Positions 62,272-64,000 of a DNA stretch of 64,000 nt are shown piece after piece. Under the pieces are notes generated by a model, which did no database searches, was not told the origin of the DNA, and saw nothing but the letters and a program-made list of their open reading frames with translations. The stretch is from Bilabrum cf. latius (taxonomy: Eukaryota). Both the position numbers and the translations under genes were made by a program. Position 1 is the first letter of the stretch, and the number at the start of each line of letters is the position of its first letter. The stretch is taken from contig OZ237745.1 in assembly GCA_965178125.1 (NCBI GenBank), positions 744,001-808,000 on the forward strand. The letters run 5' to 3'.

Positions 62272-64000
62272 TCACAGGTGACGGGCCACCGCTGCGCGTC
62301 GAAATTTGATGAGTGCTGCCCGGCGGGCCCCCATCATGGTGTCATCGAGCAAACGCAGCAGCCTGCCCACTGTTTGACGCTCTCCGGCAAATTGTCCCCG
62401 CACCACGCAGCGGTACGGCCGCCTGGGCAGACGCCTGGATGTGGCAGAGGGCAGATCCGGGAGGGAGCAGGGGTTGTAGTCAGCTGGAATCTCCTCCTTG
62501 ACCACTTCGTCTTTCCAATCCGCGCTCGCTAGTGCCGCCACAGCTACTTTGGGCAGGGTAGGCAGGCGCCCCCTCCAAGCAGGGGACATGGCACAGGCCA
62601 GATGCAGCTCGAGAGCCGCCACCCAAGGCTGAGCCTCGGCCGCGCACGTTGGGAAATGAACGGCCTCAGCAAGGGGAACTGTGGTGCTGCAATCATCGTC
62701 AGCATCATATGCACCTGCGCTTGTACCAGCACCAGTAAACGGGGCCTTGCGCTTGCCTTTCTTGCCCCGGCGGCGTCGCCTCTTGGTGCTCGTCTGGACA
62801 CCTGCTGCACCAGTGGCCATGGCGCCCCTCCCGCCATGGAGCCGACCCAGTCGCAGCCTCATTGCCCCATGCAACTTGTTGAAGTCGACCTGCCTCCCTG
62901 ATGCCCTGGCCCACATTCCGGGCAGGATTCCCGCGATTTCACCGACGAGAGACTTTGTGTCCGTGAACACCACGGCGGGAGGGCTAGGGATCCTCTTCAC
63001 GCTCACCCCGTTCGCAACAAAACACCACGCCGGCACTTCGATGAGGCCTACACAATCAAAATTTGGAAGCGAATTGATGCACATGGCAAGGAACCGCCCT
63101 CCCGCGGCGCTGGTGTATGGGCAGGGCGAACGGGCCGCCATCAGGGCGCCGGGGAGGAGGTACTCGGCCTCTGGGATCCACATTTTCTCGTCCGGGTCAA
63201 GCCTATTCGCCCATTCCCACTACGCGGCCGTGGATTCCTTCTCGCCGCTGAGCACGCGGTGCCTCCACACACGGACCTTGTAGAGCGCGTGTTTCTGTGC
63301 GCTCAGCAGCAGGCGCATTCCGCGGAAGAGACCATCCACGCTGCCCCGTTGCTGCTGCTGCCAGGTGCCTGCCGTCCCGTACCAAGTTGACACCCACTCG
63401 CAAGCGCCATCCGTCTCATCATTCAGTTGACTTTGGTCGTACTTGAAGTAGTCGGCCAGCACCCACTGCCTGGCCCTCTGGAAGCGGATCGCGGCTTGCA
63501 GCAGCTGGCCGAGCTGCTCGTCGATTTCAACGACTCCATCAGATGGAATCGGGAGGCGATTTTTGGATCGGAGGGACACTGTAGCCAGGGAGTGAAGGCC
63601 CATCGTGGCAGCATCCACCAGCTCCCCGATGCTTTGAATCGCTGGGAGAAGTGCCTCCTTGAGCTCTGGATTCGCCAGGCCGCTGCTCAAGTCGGCCCGC
63701 TCCTCTAGAAGCCTGCAGGCATCGTTGATTTGGCATCCCAACTTGCGAACGCACCGCATCCCGTACAATTCCAGGTGTTTAGCCAGCGGTTTAAGGCTCA
63801 AGCTCTGGGAGACGAGAACCTGCTCCAGCTGATTACGGGACTCCTTGGTGCCGCCCCCAAACATCTCTGGAGGGAAGTCAGCGCTCCACAACCAGTAAGC
63901 GCTTGCAGCGGACGCGCACAGGCGCAACCAGCGGTTAATACCGACGAGGCCCGGCCCAGGTCCAAAGCGAGCAACGTGGTCGTCCCTGTCGAGCAAGGGG
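62272..64000 (-). CDS. Partial hypothetical protein (3' part; starts beyond the window)
   Basis: Track ORFs 63220-63996 and 62272-63183 share one frame and are joined by TAG at 63220; ends at TGA 62272. No family recognised. Confidence 0.6.

Noticed and set aside
450-63222. A window full of pseudogenes
   Set aside because: The interruptions are essentially all TAG, with no frameshifts outside one duplicate copy. Catalytic motifs are intact. Decay would give TAA, TGA and indels too.

Overview
A GC-rich (roughly 60%, estimated by eye), gene-dense eukaryotic nuclear window. It has short GT-AG introns (mostly about 87-135 nt) and about 17 protein genes. A heterotrophic stramenopile flagellate is the likely source (inference, from a mastigoneme-type EGF module). 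The main result is that the genome does not use the standard genetic code. The ORF track is fragmented because TAG is a sense codon. About 90 in-frame TAGs (hand count) interrupt otherwise intact genes. Several sit on conserved Gln positions (DPP-IV EVEDQ and RERQR, RCC1 GQCG, RRF LGQV, TatD RQ, U1-C zinc finger RxQH, calpain-15 RQVL), and they swap with CAG between paralogs. I found no in-frame TAA inside exons. Genes end in TGA (15 cases) or TAA-TGA (1 case). This indicates UAG=Gln decoupled from UAA. Read this way, the window holds: a DPP8/9-like peptidase, ORC5, an organellar ribosome recycling factor, a tandemly duplicated head-to-head pair (secreted protein + ankyrin protein; one secreted copy disrupted), a ~4,380-aa myosin-IQ-RCC1 protein, a double-TatD nuclease, a U1-C-like protein, a giant Cys-rich/EGF surface protein, an Fe-ADH-like protein, an LRR multi-pass membrane receptor, a UIM-calpain-15-like protease, a TPR-DUSP-USP deubiquitinase and two partial hypothetical genes. 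All family assignments come from motif recognition by eye, not database searches.
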